Of a stretch of DNA of 64,000 bases, positions 44,501-64,000 are shown in pieces. This stretch comes from Eledone cirrhosa (Eukaryota): contig OZ024741.1 in NCBI GenBank assembly GCA_964016885.1, positions 204,104,001-204,168,000 on the forward strand. Reading direction: 5' to 3'. The notes below the pieces were generated by a model that searched no databases, had not been told where the DNA came from, and saw only the letters and a list, made by a program, of their open reading frames with translations. Both the position numbers and the translations under genes were made by a program. Within the stretch, counting starts at the first letter, position 1. Every line of letters starts with the position of its first letter.

Positions 44501-44960
44501 CTTAAATATACAAACTTTAATTTAACATTATTTTAAAATTTTTCTCTTCGTTAATTTTCAAATTCTTTTAATTTATGTATTATCTTCCAACGGTTTTTCA
44601 ACCTCTCTATGTAAAACAATATATTTTTCTCAGTTATAAAAGCTATCTCTCTCTCTCTCTCTATCACCCATCTCTCCTCCTATCTCATCCTTCCTCATTA
44701 TACTCCTCCCCTCCACTTTTTACTCTCATCTCCTCCTCTTTTTCATCCTTTCCACCCCACCCCCTCCCTAATTTTTTTTTTTCTAATATCACACATCAAT
44801 CTAAAACTACTTTTCATATGTTGATTTAAAACTGCACTATTCACAAGTGTGTTTTAATCTTCATATCATGTCTCCCTATTTTATCTGACGAAAACGCAAA
44901 TGTTATTGCATGATGATATTTGTTTTTGAAATGCGCATAATAAAATACATGGACCTCTTT
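41522..44960 (+). mobile_element. Naiad-like PLE pseudogene (about 41800-43919) with 3' UTR/HHR, preceded by an inverted terminal repeat of a different family (41522-41800)
   Basis: PVRLIAPSKS, FIQFDIASYF, FDITMGASD, IYRDDG, YLGSTSTSFKAR; several stops and frameshifts. Confidence 0.85.
44877..44947 (+). ncRNA. Type I HHR at Naiad-like 3' end
   Basis: TATTTTAT-CTGACGA-long stem II-GAAA-TGCGCA-TA-ATAAAATA. Confidence 0.8.
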
Positions 44961-44975
44961 TAACCATCTTTTGAT

Positions 44976-45038
<63 letters not shown>

Positions 45039-45155
45039 GTGTGTGTGTGTGTGTTTGTGTATTTGTATGTATGTGTATGTATGGATATGTTTATATGTAT
45101 GTGTGTATGTATGTATATGTATATGTATGTGTATTTGTACGTGTATGTATATGTG

Positions 45156-45220
<65 letters not shown>

Positions 45221-45275
45221 ACGTATATATATATGTGTATGTATATATGTGTGTGTATGTAATTGTGTGTATGTA

Positions 45276-45398
<123 letters not shown>

Positions 45399-45697
45399 AT
45401 GTGTGTTTATTTTTCCTTTCCTTCTTCCTTTTCCAGCCTCACTTTCATATAGATTATATTTTTGTTTTTAAAATCCAATGTCAATAAATACACCAGGATT
45501 TTTTCATTCTGATGATTGAAAGCAAAATTTGTTTGCTTTCAAGAAACCACTGGTAAATGAAAAATTGCCTTATGTTGTTTATTACACAACTATTAAGCTC
45601 TGTAACCTACATAGAGCACTCTTTTTTCCTGGACCTTTCCGACGAAATTACTTCATTCATACATATATACACATATATATATATATATACATATATA

Positions 45698-49488
<3,791 letters not shown>

Positions 49489-49506
49489 ATATACATATAT
49501 ATATGC

Positions 49507-49561
<55 letters not shown>

Positions 49562-49571
49562 CATATATATA

Positions 49572-50270
49572 TTGTTATACTTTGGGAGGGTCTTGTTGCC
49601 AATAAGAAACACACGCACCAGTTGCTTTCACTTCAATTTATTATAATAAATTTATAATAAATTTATAAATTTATAAATTTCTGGTTGGTTGGTTGGTTCC
49701 ACAACCAGATAGTTGTTCATATATTGTCATAGTTCTTTCGTCACACACTCTGTGACTTCTTCAGTGTGTAATGTTCATCGATACAACCCCTAGAGGTGAA
49801 TTAGCTTACAAATTTAGAAGGGCCCTAAATAAACATAAACTCAATATTAAGATAGTAGAAAGACCAGGCACCTCCGTAAAAACACTTATTAGCAAGACAT
49901 ACCCTTTTCAAAGACCCTCATGTATAGATAAGAAATGTATAACCTGTAAAATAAGCCCCCATATTAACTGTAAAACTAGAAATGTAGTGTATAGCATAAG
50001 ATGTACTGAAGGACAATGTAGAGACAAAAATATAGTGTACATAGGTGAGACAGCTCGTAGTGTAGGGGAACGGATAAATGAACACTGGCGAGACCTTCAA
50101 GATAGTAAAGAATCATCTGTACTCTACCAACATGCTAAAATAGAACACAAGGGTAAATTAGAGAACATAGAAATAAAAATAGAATCTACACACAGAAAAG
50201 ACGCAATGTTTAGACAAATTACAGAGGCAATAAACATAAAAGAATTACAACCAAAATTAAATAGAAAATA
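49572..50270. mobile_element. Inverted family F repeat (49572-49766) fused to the GIY-YIG C-terminus of another PLE (plus strand, about 49770-50270)
   Basis: CKTRNVVYSIRC..VYIGETARSVGERINEH..RQITEA..LN. Confidence 0.8.
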
Positions 50271-50324
50271 TGTATACATACGGATGTACGTATGTATATA
50301 TATATATGTGCATGTATGTATATA

Positions 50325-53735
<3,411 letters not shown>

Positions 53736-54095
53736 TTTGTGCTTCTCCTTTGTTCTGTCCTACGCCATCTTGTTTTTGTGTGTGTGTTCACACACACAAA
53801 AACAAGATGGCGTAGGACAGAACAAAGGAGAGGCACAAAAAACAAAGAAAAGAACCCCCAGTCACTGAAGAGGTCACAGAATGTGTGACGAAAGAACTTT
53901 GACAATATATAAACAACCATCTGGTTGTGGAACCAACCAACCAACCGGAAATTTATAAATTTATTATAATAAATTGAAGTGAAAGCAACTGGTGAGTGTG
54001 TTTCTTATTGGCAACATGACCCTCCCAAAGTATAACAATATCGGTTTCAACACACGTTTTCAGATAAAGAATCTTGCTAAACAAATTCAGAAACG

Positions 54096-54098
<3 letters not shown>
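53736..54098 (+). mobile_element. Family F repeat with short inverted arm, HHR 53861-53903 and tail
   Basis: GTCA-CTGAAGA-G-GTCACA-GAATG-TGTGAC-GAAA-GAAC-TT-TGAC; hairpin turn near 53788. Confidence 0.85.
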
Positions 54099-54176
<78 letters not shown>

Positions 54177-54179
54177 TGT

Positions 54180-54399
54180 AGGAACGATCGACTTTCGTCA
54201 AATCGGACCGAGGGAACAATGTTTCCGTTGGTCTTTCCAATTGCTAATATTATCTATCGGTCGCAACTCCGGGTAGAAGGAGCAACGTGAAATAAGGTGT
54301 CTTGCTCAAGGACATAACGCATCGCCTGATCCAGGAATCGAACTCACAACCTTACGATTGCGAATCCAATTCTCTAACCACTCAGCCACACGCCTTCAC
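54180..54399 (-). mobile_element. tRNA-derived SINE with CORE-like segment
   Basis: Minus: TGGCTGAGTGGTTAG (A box), GAGTTCGATTCC (B box), CCTTGAGCAAGACACCTT. Confidence 0.8.
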
Positions 54400-54413
54400 A
54401 TATATATATGTGT

Positions 54414-54476
<63 letters not shown>

Positions 54477-54719
54477 ATTACTACACTTGACTTGGCTTTC
54501 AACTGAACTGCAACTCCACTACAATCTCTCACCACCACTTCCCCTCATTTCCCTACTTTCCCCTTCCCACATCACTCATCTCCCGCCCCCTTCCACTACA
54601 CTCACCGTCATTTTCCCTATCTCACATCATATGTTGTGTTATATATGCTAGGTCTGGAAGAAAGGACTCTGCCCATGGCCTCCAAAGATTCACGAGATTC
54701 ATGCTGTTGATGTTTCAGC

Positions 54720-55219
54720 TTAACCCTTTAGCATTTTTATTACTGTATATATCCTATTATATTTTCATGGTAAAGGCTTTACCTGGGAAACACCTTCTCC
54801 ATTCTGTCCGCCAGGGCTGTGGGCGGCCACCATGTGGGACCCCATTTGCTCACTATACAGAGAGATGGGGAGGGCGAGAGAGATGGCGGCGATGACCGTG
54901 GGAGTTCGGCTCTTCCGTCTTCGGACACATTGCACCTGTCAAGAGTGTATTTTCATACTTGTGACGAATATTGTGAATTCCTAGAAAGTGTTATAGATAG
55001 TTCATGACAGGTGATGAATGTTTTGACAGTAACATGCTACAGTTCCTTGCAGACACATCCACATATTATCTCACATAATATCGAATCTATGAGATATTAT
55101 TTGATATTATTTATTTTGAGAACAATACCTTAACATTGGTAAGAGTGGCCGGTTTGAACAGAAAGAGGTGAGGGAATTCTGACCGAATATGCCCGGTTTA
55201 AAAATGCTAAAGGTTTTAA
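54720..55219. mobile_element. piggyBac-like MITE
   Basis: TTAA-CCCTTTAGCATTTT ... AAAATGCTAAAGGTT-TTAA terminal inverted repeats. Confidence 0.6.
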
Positions 55220-55394
55220 TTGTTGCAGGACAACGTTTTGGGGCGGAATGATGGATTTAGTGATTAGTATGGGGGCCTATGGCATTGAACACAATATTGT
55301 TGACGAGTGGGGGAGACGATTGAGGCAGGCGTACTTGAATGGAAGTGTCACGAGGTCAATCACTTCGGAAGCAGAGCCTCCAAGAGAAATATTT

Positions 55395-55537
55395 CAAGGC
55401 CGTACAAGACCCCTTTGGGGCCCGAAGCAGGCAAAGATCTATCTCAAAATGGATGTTGAATGGTTGCTGTGGAGCCTTCTTAGCTCTTGGGCCCCGGAAC
55501 AAAGTACCGGCTGAACCACCCCCTCTCATAGGCCCTG
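55395..55537. mobile_element. Possible small hAT-type MITE
   Basis: CAAGGCC...GGCCCTG ends with internal GGGCCC motifs; no target duplication seen. Confidence 0.35.
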
Positions 55538-56199
55538 CACGGAGGAACAAAGGCCATTACTGTTATGTTCCTCGTTTATTTTTATGTAACCCTCGACATT
55601 ACTTCTTCCGACCGAAACGTTGAATTTTTCTCCAGCGAAGGCAAATCAACTCACTGGATTAGATTTTACCTATCAACTATCTATTAAGTCTTCGAATATA
55701 TACTACAACATCCACTTGCGCTCCTCCCTCTCTCTCTCTCCCCTTAACTTCCTCTTACTCTGACTCTCCCCCTCATTTCTTATTCACCACTCAACTCTCA
55801 CTCTCTTTCAACTCTCTCTCTCTCTCCCTCTCTCAAATCTTCCTCTTCTATATCTGTGTATGTTTCTATATCTAGATATACTTTACTTCATCCCAGCTCT
55901 TTTCCTTTCACAGATACCTGAGCGTACACACACTTACAAATACCTGAGCGTACACACACTTACAAATACCTGAATGCACACAAACTCAAAAACGTAGTAG
56001 ACATGCACACACATATTCCTACACTACACGTGCATATATACATATATACATACACATACACACATTCATTTATACAAGTGTGTCATCGATAAACAAAAAT
56101 CCTTGCATAAAAGTGATGATGAATATACACCCATGAATGTGTGTATATGTGCATATATGTGTGAGTGTGAGTGAAAGTATGTGCACGTGTGCATGTGCT

Positions 56200-56512
56200 T
56201 GTGTGTATGTGTACGTGTGTATGTGCATGTGTGTATGTGCATGTATGTATGAGCATGTGTGTATGTGTACGTGTGTATGTGCATGTGTGTATGTGCATGT
56301 ATGTATGAGCATGTGTGTATGTGTACGTGTGTATGTGCATGTGTGTATGTGCATGTATGTATGAGCATGTGTGTATGTGTACGTGTGTATGTGCATGTGT
56401 GTATGTGCATGTATGTATGAGCATGTGTGTATGTGTACGTGTGTATGTGCATGTGTGTATGTGCATGTATGTATGAGCATGTGTGTATGTGTACGTGTGT
56501 ATGTGCATGTGT
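56200..56512. repeat. 56 bp minisatellite derived from TG/CA microsatellite
   Basis: GAGCATGTGT at 56251, 56307, 56363, 56419, 56475. Confidence 0.9.
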
Positions 56513-56616
56513 GTGTGTTGTATTAAAGTGAGCTTATGTATGACATGTGAGGCTGAAAATAGTTATCAGATTCTCATACTTCAGCTGTAATATTTCATAA
56601 TAGTTCTTTTTAACTT

Positions 56617-56941
56617 AAGGCACTCCATCGGTTACGACGACGAGTGATCCAGTTGATCGGATTAACGGAACAGCCTGTTCGTAAAATTAACGTGCAAGTG
56701 GCTGAGCAATCCACAGACACGCATATCCTTAACGTAGTTCTCGGGGAGATTCAGCGTGACACAGAATGTGACAAGGCTGGCTCTGCAAATTACAGATACA
56801 ACTCATTTTTGCCAGTTGAGTGGACTGAAGCAATGTGAAATAAAGTGTCTTGTTCAAGGACACAACGCTCCGTCGAGAATCGAACTCCCAACCTTACAAT
56901 TGTGAACCAAATACTTTAACCACACATTCACACGCCTTCAC
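56617..56941 (-). mobile_element. tRNA-derived SINE with the same head/CORE-like part as 54180-54399 but a different 3' body
   Basis: TGAAGGCGTGT start, GAGTTCGATTC, CCTTGAACAAGACACTTTATTTCAC. Confidence 0.8.
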
Positions 56942-57445
56942 AATAATACTTCTTTACTGCACTATAAATATGTGTGTATGTATATGTGTGTATGTATATG
57001 TATATGTGTGTATGTATATGTATATTTGTAAATGTATATATGTTAAATGCTTGCCTCACGTCCAACATTTAATATAGTATCTATTCTTGTAATTTGAATT
57101 TGGTTAAACTTCATTCCTTTTTGTAATTCCTGATGATATGTATATTATGTCTTGTGTAAATAATTTCTAATTAACTATTTCCGATAAACTTATTGTTTAC
57201 ATATGTATGTACCATTATCACCTGCATAGAAACATGCGGAGAAATTAAACAATGGATTTAAGTTGTTAACCTAGGTTTTCTTCATTTTAAATGTATATAT
57301 GCATATGCGTTTATGTGTGTGTGCCTATATCTCTCTCTATATAAACTTCTTTGTCTCTCTTTCTCTGTCTGTCTGTTCCTATGCATTCTCAAATGGCTGG
57401 ACCATGGGACAGGTTGTATATATATATACATACATACATATACAC

Positions 57446-57480
<35 letters not shown>

Positions 57481-57492
57481 TATATATATATG

Positions 57493-57560
<68 letters not shown>

Positions 57561-57565
57561 CATAC

Positions 57566-57597
<32 letters not shown>

Positions 57598-57633
57598 GTA
57601 TGTATGTGTATATGTATATATATATATATATAT

Positions 57634-59622
57634 CTCATCTCCGCCTTTCTCGACTCCCTCCTCGCCCCCCTTGTCACCACCCTCCCCTCCCACATCTCTG
57701 ACACCAACCACGCCCTGCGCCTTTTCGACTCCTTCACCTACCTACCCGGCCCTCAGCCATTCCTCTTCACCCTAGACATCAAGTCCCTCTATACCGTCAT
57801 CCCCCACGCCGACGGCCTTCGCGCCCTCAAACACTACCTCGACCTTCGCCCCTCCCCCATTCCCTCCACCCCCACCCTCCTTCGCCTCGCCGAGCTGGTC
57901 CTCACCCTAAATTGTTTCTCCTTCTCGGGTGAGTTTTACCAACAGGTCACAGGGGTAGCCATGGGCACAAGAATGGGCCCGAACTATGCCAACCTTTTTG
58001 TTGGCCATGTTGAGGCCCAAATCTTTGCCCAGTACACCGGCCCCACGTCCGAACTGTACGGTCGTTACATTGACGACTGTATCGGAGCCACGACCCTCAC
58101 CCGAGTACAGCTCGACTCCTTTCTCTCCTTCTTCTGCTCCTTCCACCCCTCCCTCCACTTCACCACCTCTATCTCCACCACCCACGTCCACTTCTTGGAC
58201 ATCTCCGTCGCCTTCGACCCCTCCCACCACTCCCTCGTCACCTCCGCCTTCTTCAAACCCACCGACTCCCACTCTTACCTCGACTTCACCTCTTCCCACC
58301 CCACCCACACTAAACTCTCCATTCCCTACTCCCAACTTCTCAGGATCCGCCGCCTCTGTAGCCGAGATGCTGACTTCGAGTCCCAGGCCCTTTCCCTAGT
58401 CAGCCATTTCATCCGCAGAGGTTACCCCCCCTCTCTCGTCCACACCGCTCTCACCCGCGCCCGTGCTATCCCCCGCTCTACCACCCTCACCCCACGCCAC
58501 CGCACACCCACCCACCGTCTCCCCTTCCCCATCACCTACCACCCCTCCACCTTACCCCTCCACCGCACCATCCGCCGCCTCTTCCGACACCTCCAGTCCG
58601 ACCCCTCCACCTCCCACATCTTCCCAACCCCACCACTCCCCTCCTTCATACGCGCACGCAATCTCCGCACCCTCCTCGTCCACAGCTCCCTACCCCCCAA
58701 CCCACGCTCCGTTTCCCCCCCCCCCCCGGTTCCTTCCTCTGTTCTAGGCCCCGCTGCAACACCTGTCCCCACATCACCAACACCACCACCTTCCAGGAGT
58801 CCCAACGGCCACCCTCTCTCGGTCCGGCATGCCTTCCGCTGCACCTCCTCCAACCTAGTCTACGGACTTCGTTGCACGAGGTGCAGCGCGACTTATGTCG
58901 GACAGACGGGACGCCGCCTGGCGGACCGAGTCACGGAGCACCTCCGGGACATTCGTCTCGGGGGCAGTTCCCCCATCGCCCGCCACTTTGGTGGCCCTGG
59001 ACACTCCGCACACCATCTCACAGTCTGTGGCCTACTCCAGTGCCACGGAACACCCGCCCATCGCCTCACGGTCGAACAACGTACTATCTTCATCTTACAG
59101 ACCCACACTCCCCCCGGCCTGAACTCCCCACCCTTATTCCTTTAGCGTTCGACCGCCCCCCTCCCCCACTTATCCCCCACTAACACCACTAACACACCCC
59201 TCCTTTTCACCGCCCACCCCACACTAACAATACTAACACCTCCACTCCACCCCTCATCTAACCACCCTTCCCCAACTAACATACTAACATCCCTTCCCTC
59301 CCCTCTTCTCCTCCTCCCCCCTCCTTATCACACGCACACACTTACACCACCCACCCCACACGCAACTAACATCACTAACACCCTCCAACCCCACGCACAC
59401 GTACCCACACACCCTCGTACACCACCAACTCTACACACCCTACCCCCACTAACCCCCACTCACACCTGCATTCCACCCCTCCCCCCCCTCCCGTCTACTA
59501 ACACCCACTAACACCTCCTCACCAAACTACACACACCCCAGTACACCACACTCCCTCCATAGAACCACACACACCCTTCTCTCCCCACTCCACACTCACT
59601 CATCCCACTAACACCCCTACTA

Positions 59623-59665
<43 letters not shown>

Positions 59666-60620
59666 CCTCACTCCAACTCTCACACCTACCCATCCTCGCC
59701 TCCCTACCATTCCGCTGACTGCTGCTATGCCCTTCCGACCACTGTCTCAGCACCAACTGACCACAGCACTTCCACTGCTGACCACTTCCTGTTGCGCGCG
59801 CACCCCACATCTCTCCTCTTCCGACCACCGCTTCTTGGATTACCCACACGCGTTTTGACTTCCAACCAAAATCTCCATACATCCGTGTAACTTACCACTT
59901 TCAACCATCCTCTAACACCATCACCTATATAACTCACCCACACACACATCCCAAAACAAATTTTTTTTATCCACACGCCACCCACACCCACAACACGCTT
60001 AAACCACACACACGTGCTTCCCACCACATATTTACACCCTCAGCCCCCTGATTCCTCTCCCCCCACCCCCTATCCACACACGCACAGACCCTCCGACACA
60101 CAAAAACACCCCCCACACACACCTTCCTGAACATGCAACCCCGTTCTTCCCCCAACCCTCACTTTCACATACACACACACACACACACGCACACCTAACC
60201 ACACACACCACCTTCAGCCCTCCCCGCTCGGACACCCCGTCTCCCTCTCCCCACTCCACCCGCCTCCACCTCTACTCACCCCACACCCTTCCACCACCTG
60301 TTTACCCCCCTTTTAATTTCAGTTTATTTTGATCATGCCTTTATTTTTAAATGTTCTCATTCCTTGTATTTTGATGATGCTTTATTTTTATTTATTATTT
60401 ATTATATTTTTGTCTTTATTTGTTAATTTTTCATTCGCACCGTTTCCTTTCGCTATATGTCTCTCCACCACTCCCCTACACACCTTTTGAACTCTTACCT
60501 GAAGAAGGGCTTATGCCCGAAACGTCGTCCTCCACCTACCCCCCACTCTCCTGAGCGTGAATCTAATAAACATTTGTCGTACTGCCTCTCTGTTCTGTCC
60601 CTGTTCAATTTTTTATTATA
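57634..60620 (+). mobile_element. 5'-truncated Neptune-like PLE (RT + GIY-YIG 57634-59145, 3' UTR, minimal HHR 60499-60526)
   Basis: [34 protein letters not shown]; compensating frameshifts scramble the Cys-rich linker near 58715-58800; CTGAAGA-A-GGGC-TTAT-GCCC-GAAACGTC. Confidence 0.9.
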
Positions 60621-60653
60621 CATATATACATACATATATATATATATATATAT

Positions 60654-60724
<71 letters not shown>

Positions 60725-60973
60725 GATAGATTCAGTTTGAAACTAGTTAAGCCATAACTCAAAAGAGTACTTAATACTTGGGGTAGTAGAGCTTGGTTAT
60801 ATTATAAAGAGTCAAGACCCTACGATTTCAACATGGCAAGAGCTCGGCCATAGGGTCCCGACTCTGTATAACACACACATATATATACGTATCTATAGTT
60901 AATATAAAGAATGATGTGCTCATGCGCGAGATGCTATAGAATACCTTATAAAATTGGGTAAAGACTCTTTAAA

Positions 60974-61041
<68 letters not shown>

Positions 61042-61044
61042 CAT

Positions 61045-61730
61045 ATAAGGAAAATCCTCAAAAAACTCGGTGTACCTGATAATATGCTGAATGTTATATC
61101 TTTTCATGAGGGTATGAGAGCATCAATTATGTCAAATGGTGATTGCTCTGAACCCTTTGGTGTCACAAATGGTTTGAAGCAGGGTTGTGTCATGGTTCCT
61201 GTTCTCTTTCTTTTATTCTTCTCTGTATACATTTAGTCATTTGGACACTGGTGTCAGATTTGAATTCTGTACATCAAGTGCTTTAGGGCTAAAACACCTA
61301 AACCATCAGCACTTTAAGGCTAAAACACTTACATGAACAAATGGCATTTGTGATTTACTGTTTGCTGATGATGTATTTGTTGCAACATCCCTTGAAGAGG
61401 CACAAGAACTGATGATTCACTTCTCAATTGTCTGTAAAGTATTTGGTTTAACAATCAACATTAAGAAGACTGAGGTGGTACATCAGACAAGACCAATCAT
61501 CTCCAGACAAGATGTTGGGCAAGGACAGCCAGGGCATGAATATCCCCATGTTCCCCTCACTGTTGATAGCAAGGATCTGAAGTATGTGGACTCCTTTACT
61601 TACCTTGACAGTAAGGTGAGTAGCTCCGCATCCCTGGATGATGAGATTGTCAATCGCATCTCTAAAGCCTTTGGTGAACTACATCATCGTCTATGGGGTG
61701 TGAGAGGTATATCCCTGAAAATGAAATTTC
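61045..61730 (+). pseudogene. RTE/BovB-like LINE RT fragment
   Basis: LKKLGVP..FHEGM, GLKQGCVM, LLFADD, FGLTINIKKTEV, FTYL. Confidence 0.8.
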
Positions 61731-61734
61731 ACGT

Positions 61735-62095
61735 CTTGTCACAGTTGAGTGGTTCCACAATGCAGTCAGGATGTGAGGACAACTTGGAGGCTTGATATAC
61801 AATAAAGTCTTGTGTTAAACTCGGTAAAAACAGTGTAGAAACCTATGAAATGGTCAAAATTGCTTACGGACTAACTTTCATGAGCCGGGCGATTGTTTTA
61901 CGCTGGCACAAGAGGTTCCGGGAGGGCAAGGAGCAGTTATGGGACGACGTGGGGTGTATCAGGGAGAAGGGCATTGGTTGACAAAATTCGTAAATTTCTG
62001 GACGAGGACTGTCATGCATTTCTTCTGAAAATTGCTAAACAATTTAGGAAGTTAATTATGATCCCATTCTTCGACAGCAAAGGCATTATCTACAT
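61735..62095 (+). pseudogene. Internally deleted mariner transposase relic
   Basis: IKSCVKLGKNSVETYEMVKIAYG, RWHKRFREG, MIPFFDSKGIIY. Confidence 0.7.
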
Positions 62096-63805
62096 CACAG
62101 GTTCTCAACCCATTTAGGCCAAACGCCCCCTTTTGTCCCTCGAAATCATGAAACGCCCCCTACCCTATTTTTCCATTTTTCAATATACTCCTGATTTTGA
62201 TATCTGTAGATTACTAAAAAATTGATTAATAATATTCCATTGCAGGCAGCTGAGAGTATAAATACATTCCTTGAAAGGAAATATATAAATTTCAAAAAAA
62301 GGAACATAAATGTTCTTTTTTATGAAAAGGACCAGTTGAATTTGTTATATTCCCACCAGGCGATACCAACTATTTTGAACAAGAGTAACTCTGTCTATCC
62401 AAAGAGTGCTCTTATCTGGAAGAAAGTAGCAATTATATCATTTCAAAGCTTTCCAATTTTCCCTTTAATGAAACAGACAGAATAAATGTTGATATCTAAC
62501 TTGATGTCCCCTCTGCTTTGTGAGCTTAGAGACCACGGAAGAGGGTTTTCATGACCACGCGGGAGGGTATATTTATTAGTAAATGGTAAAATATATACAA
62601 CAAATGAGTAAGTGAATTGTAGTAGATGGTTTCCAGTACAGTCAGACTGCAACTACAAATAAAAAAAATTGTTAGTTTGCTTAGTAACAATAGCATATCC
62701 AAGTTTTCAGATAAATCAACTTACTTTAACTTTGACCTCATTTCAATGGGACCCTTGAACTTCATGGAGTCTAGCTAACTCTTTGACGTCAGGATGGATT
62801 TTCGTAAGATGTAGCCAGAGATCTCCACATGTAATTACATTGTAGCGGTTGCGAGCCTTACTGTGCAGTCTGGAAACAGCACCAAACCTCCTCTTGACTA
62901 AGTATGAGCTTGGAAAAGGCAGAGCAAATCTCTTAGCCTCTGCATGTAGGTGTGGAAATCGACGCTAAATTTCCTCTTGCATCCAAAAAAGGGGTTCACC
63001 TATTTTGGGAAATCTAATTTTGATCATGTCATCTGCTTGAAGTTCAATGAATTCTTCCTGAAATATAACGTCCAAATCATCGACATTAGCTATGAAGGGA
63101 TCTGCTACCCACATTGGGATGTCCATCGGCAAAAGGTCGACAAACCGTTCTCTCATGTTGTCTTGTAGCGCATGGAGGTGAGCAGTATACATTTGGAGTT
63201 GGTCATCGCTTACAGTGTTTTGAACATTGGCGACACTAGGAAAATTATAGAATTCCCGTCAACAAAGATTCCTTTCGATGACATTCAATTTGGCCAGGAA
63301 TGTTTTCACAGCATTCCTTGTTTAAGCAAGGTGATCTTCTTTCCCTGCAAAGCCAAAATGACGATAATGCATTTGTCAACGATGTCGGTGAGATAGGCGC
63401 TGTTTTGCCTCATATCGAGGGTTTTCTTGTACAGTTCTGTGTTGCGTCCTCGCAGAAACTCAATGATAGAGTCGAACAGTTCAAAGAAGTGAGTAAGGCA
63501 CTTGCCCTTTGAAAGCCACCTCAAATCATTATGAAGGAGCAACTTGACGAATTCTTCGTCATTATCTTGGCACAGTTGCCGGAAAATTCGTTCATTGAGG
63601 GAATGCCGTTTGATAAAATTGATGACATCAAGGGCCACCTGCAAGGACTTGCTCAGTGGCTTGCTGAGTTTTTTCACAGCCAAGTGTTGTCGATGAATGA
63701 CACAATGAACAATAAATACAGATAGATTTTCTCTCTTCAGAAGAGTGACGAAACCCTTATGTTGGCCGATCATTGCTCTTGCGTCATCCGTAGCACATGA
63801 TACAA
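62096..63805 (-). mobile_element. hAT (Charlie/Buster-like) transposon, frameshifted transposase about 62743-63805
   Basis: HCVIHRQHL, LLHNDLRWLSKG, PFPSSYLV, C-terminal QGSH*; TIR-like CACAGGTTCTCAACC at 62096. Confidence 0.85.
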
Positions 63806-64000
63806 TGTGTGTTGTATTTGGTCCTAGATGTATGTATTACCTGCCTGTGTGTTGTAGGTAGTCCTAGATGTATGTATTACCTGCTATGTATTGCATGTGG
63901 TCCTAGATGTATGTATTACCTGATTATGTGTTGTATTTGGTACTAGATGTATGTATTACCTGCATGTGTGTTGTAGGTAGTCCTAGATGTATGTATTACC
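63806..64000. repeat. 40 bp tandem repeat, runs off the window
   Basis: T(C/A)CTAGATGTATGTATTACC at 63822, 63862, 63901, 63941, 63981. Confidence 0.95.

Noticed and set aside
54325-54399. tRNA gene
   Set aside because: SINE head: no acceptor stem, and it continues into a CORE-like body.
60546-60560. ACTC-TCCT-GAGC in the Neptune-like 3' end as another instance of the motif
   Set aside because: No inner stem or bulge, no upstream TA patch and no junction there.
63806-64000. CRISPR-like repeat-spacer pattern
   Set aside because: The variable halves are homologous to each other; an ordinary 40 bp minisatellite in eukaryotic DNA.

Overview
Eukaryotic, gene-free, repeat-saturated window, most likely octopus/coleoid cephalopod (inferred from the long (TA)n/(CA)n tracts and SINE types). 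I see no host gene; the many [12 protein letters not shown] ORFs are microsatellite artefacts. Contents: the 5' end of a Gypsy-type LTR element with a tRNA-Trp PBS; two tandem R4/Dong-clade LINEs in (TAA)n; tRNA-derived SINEs; RTE, mariner, hAT and piggyBac-like relics; and, from about 10.9 to 60.9 kb, a dense nest of Penelope-like elements (PLEs; Naiad-like and Neptune-like RT + GIY-YIG) plus about 10 short non-coding families inserted in (TA)n, many with minimal type I hammerhead ribozymes (HHRs). Main observation: the Naiad-like copies and most of the otherwise dissimilar non-coding families share a covarying bulged stem-loop (RCTC-inner stem-loop-inner stem-2 nt bulge-GAGY). It lies a few nt 3' of a short TA patch where inserted copies repeatedly end against (TA)n. 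Insertions are typically two cDNAs joined 5'-to-5' with 3' ends outward, sometimes from different families. Two related 468-476 bp tandem monomers carry an octamer/TATA-like cassette in front of the HHR, and a 548 bp monomer is circularly permuted. Together these suggest a (TA)n-targeting PLE with a defined RT-recruitment/priming RNA element and a set of parasitic, possibly circular, RNAs. All alignments and folds were done by eye, boundaries are approximate, and novelty has not been checked against databases.
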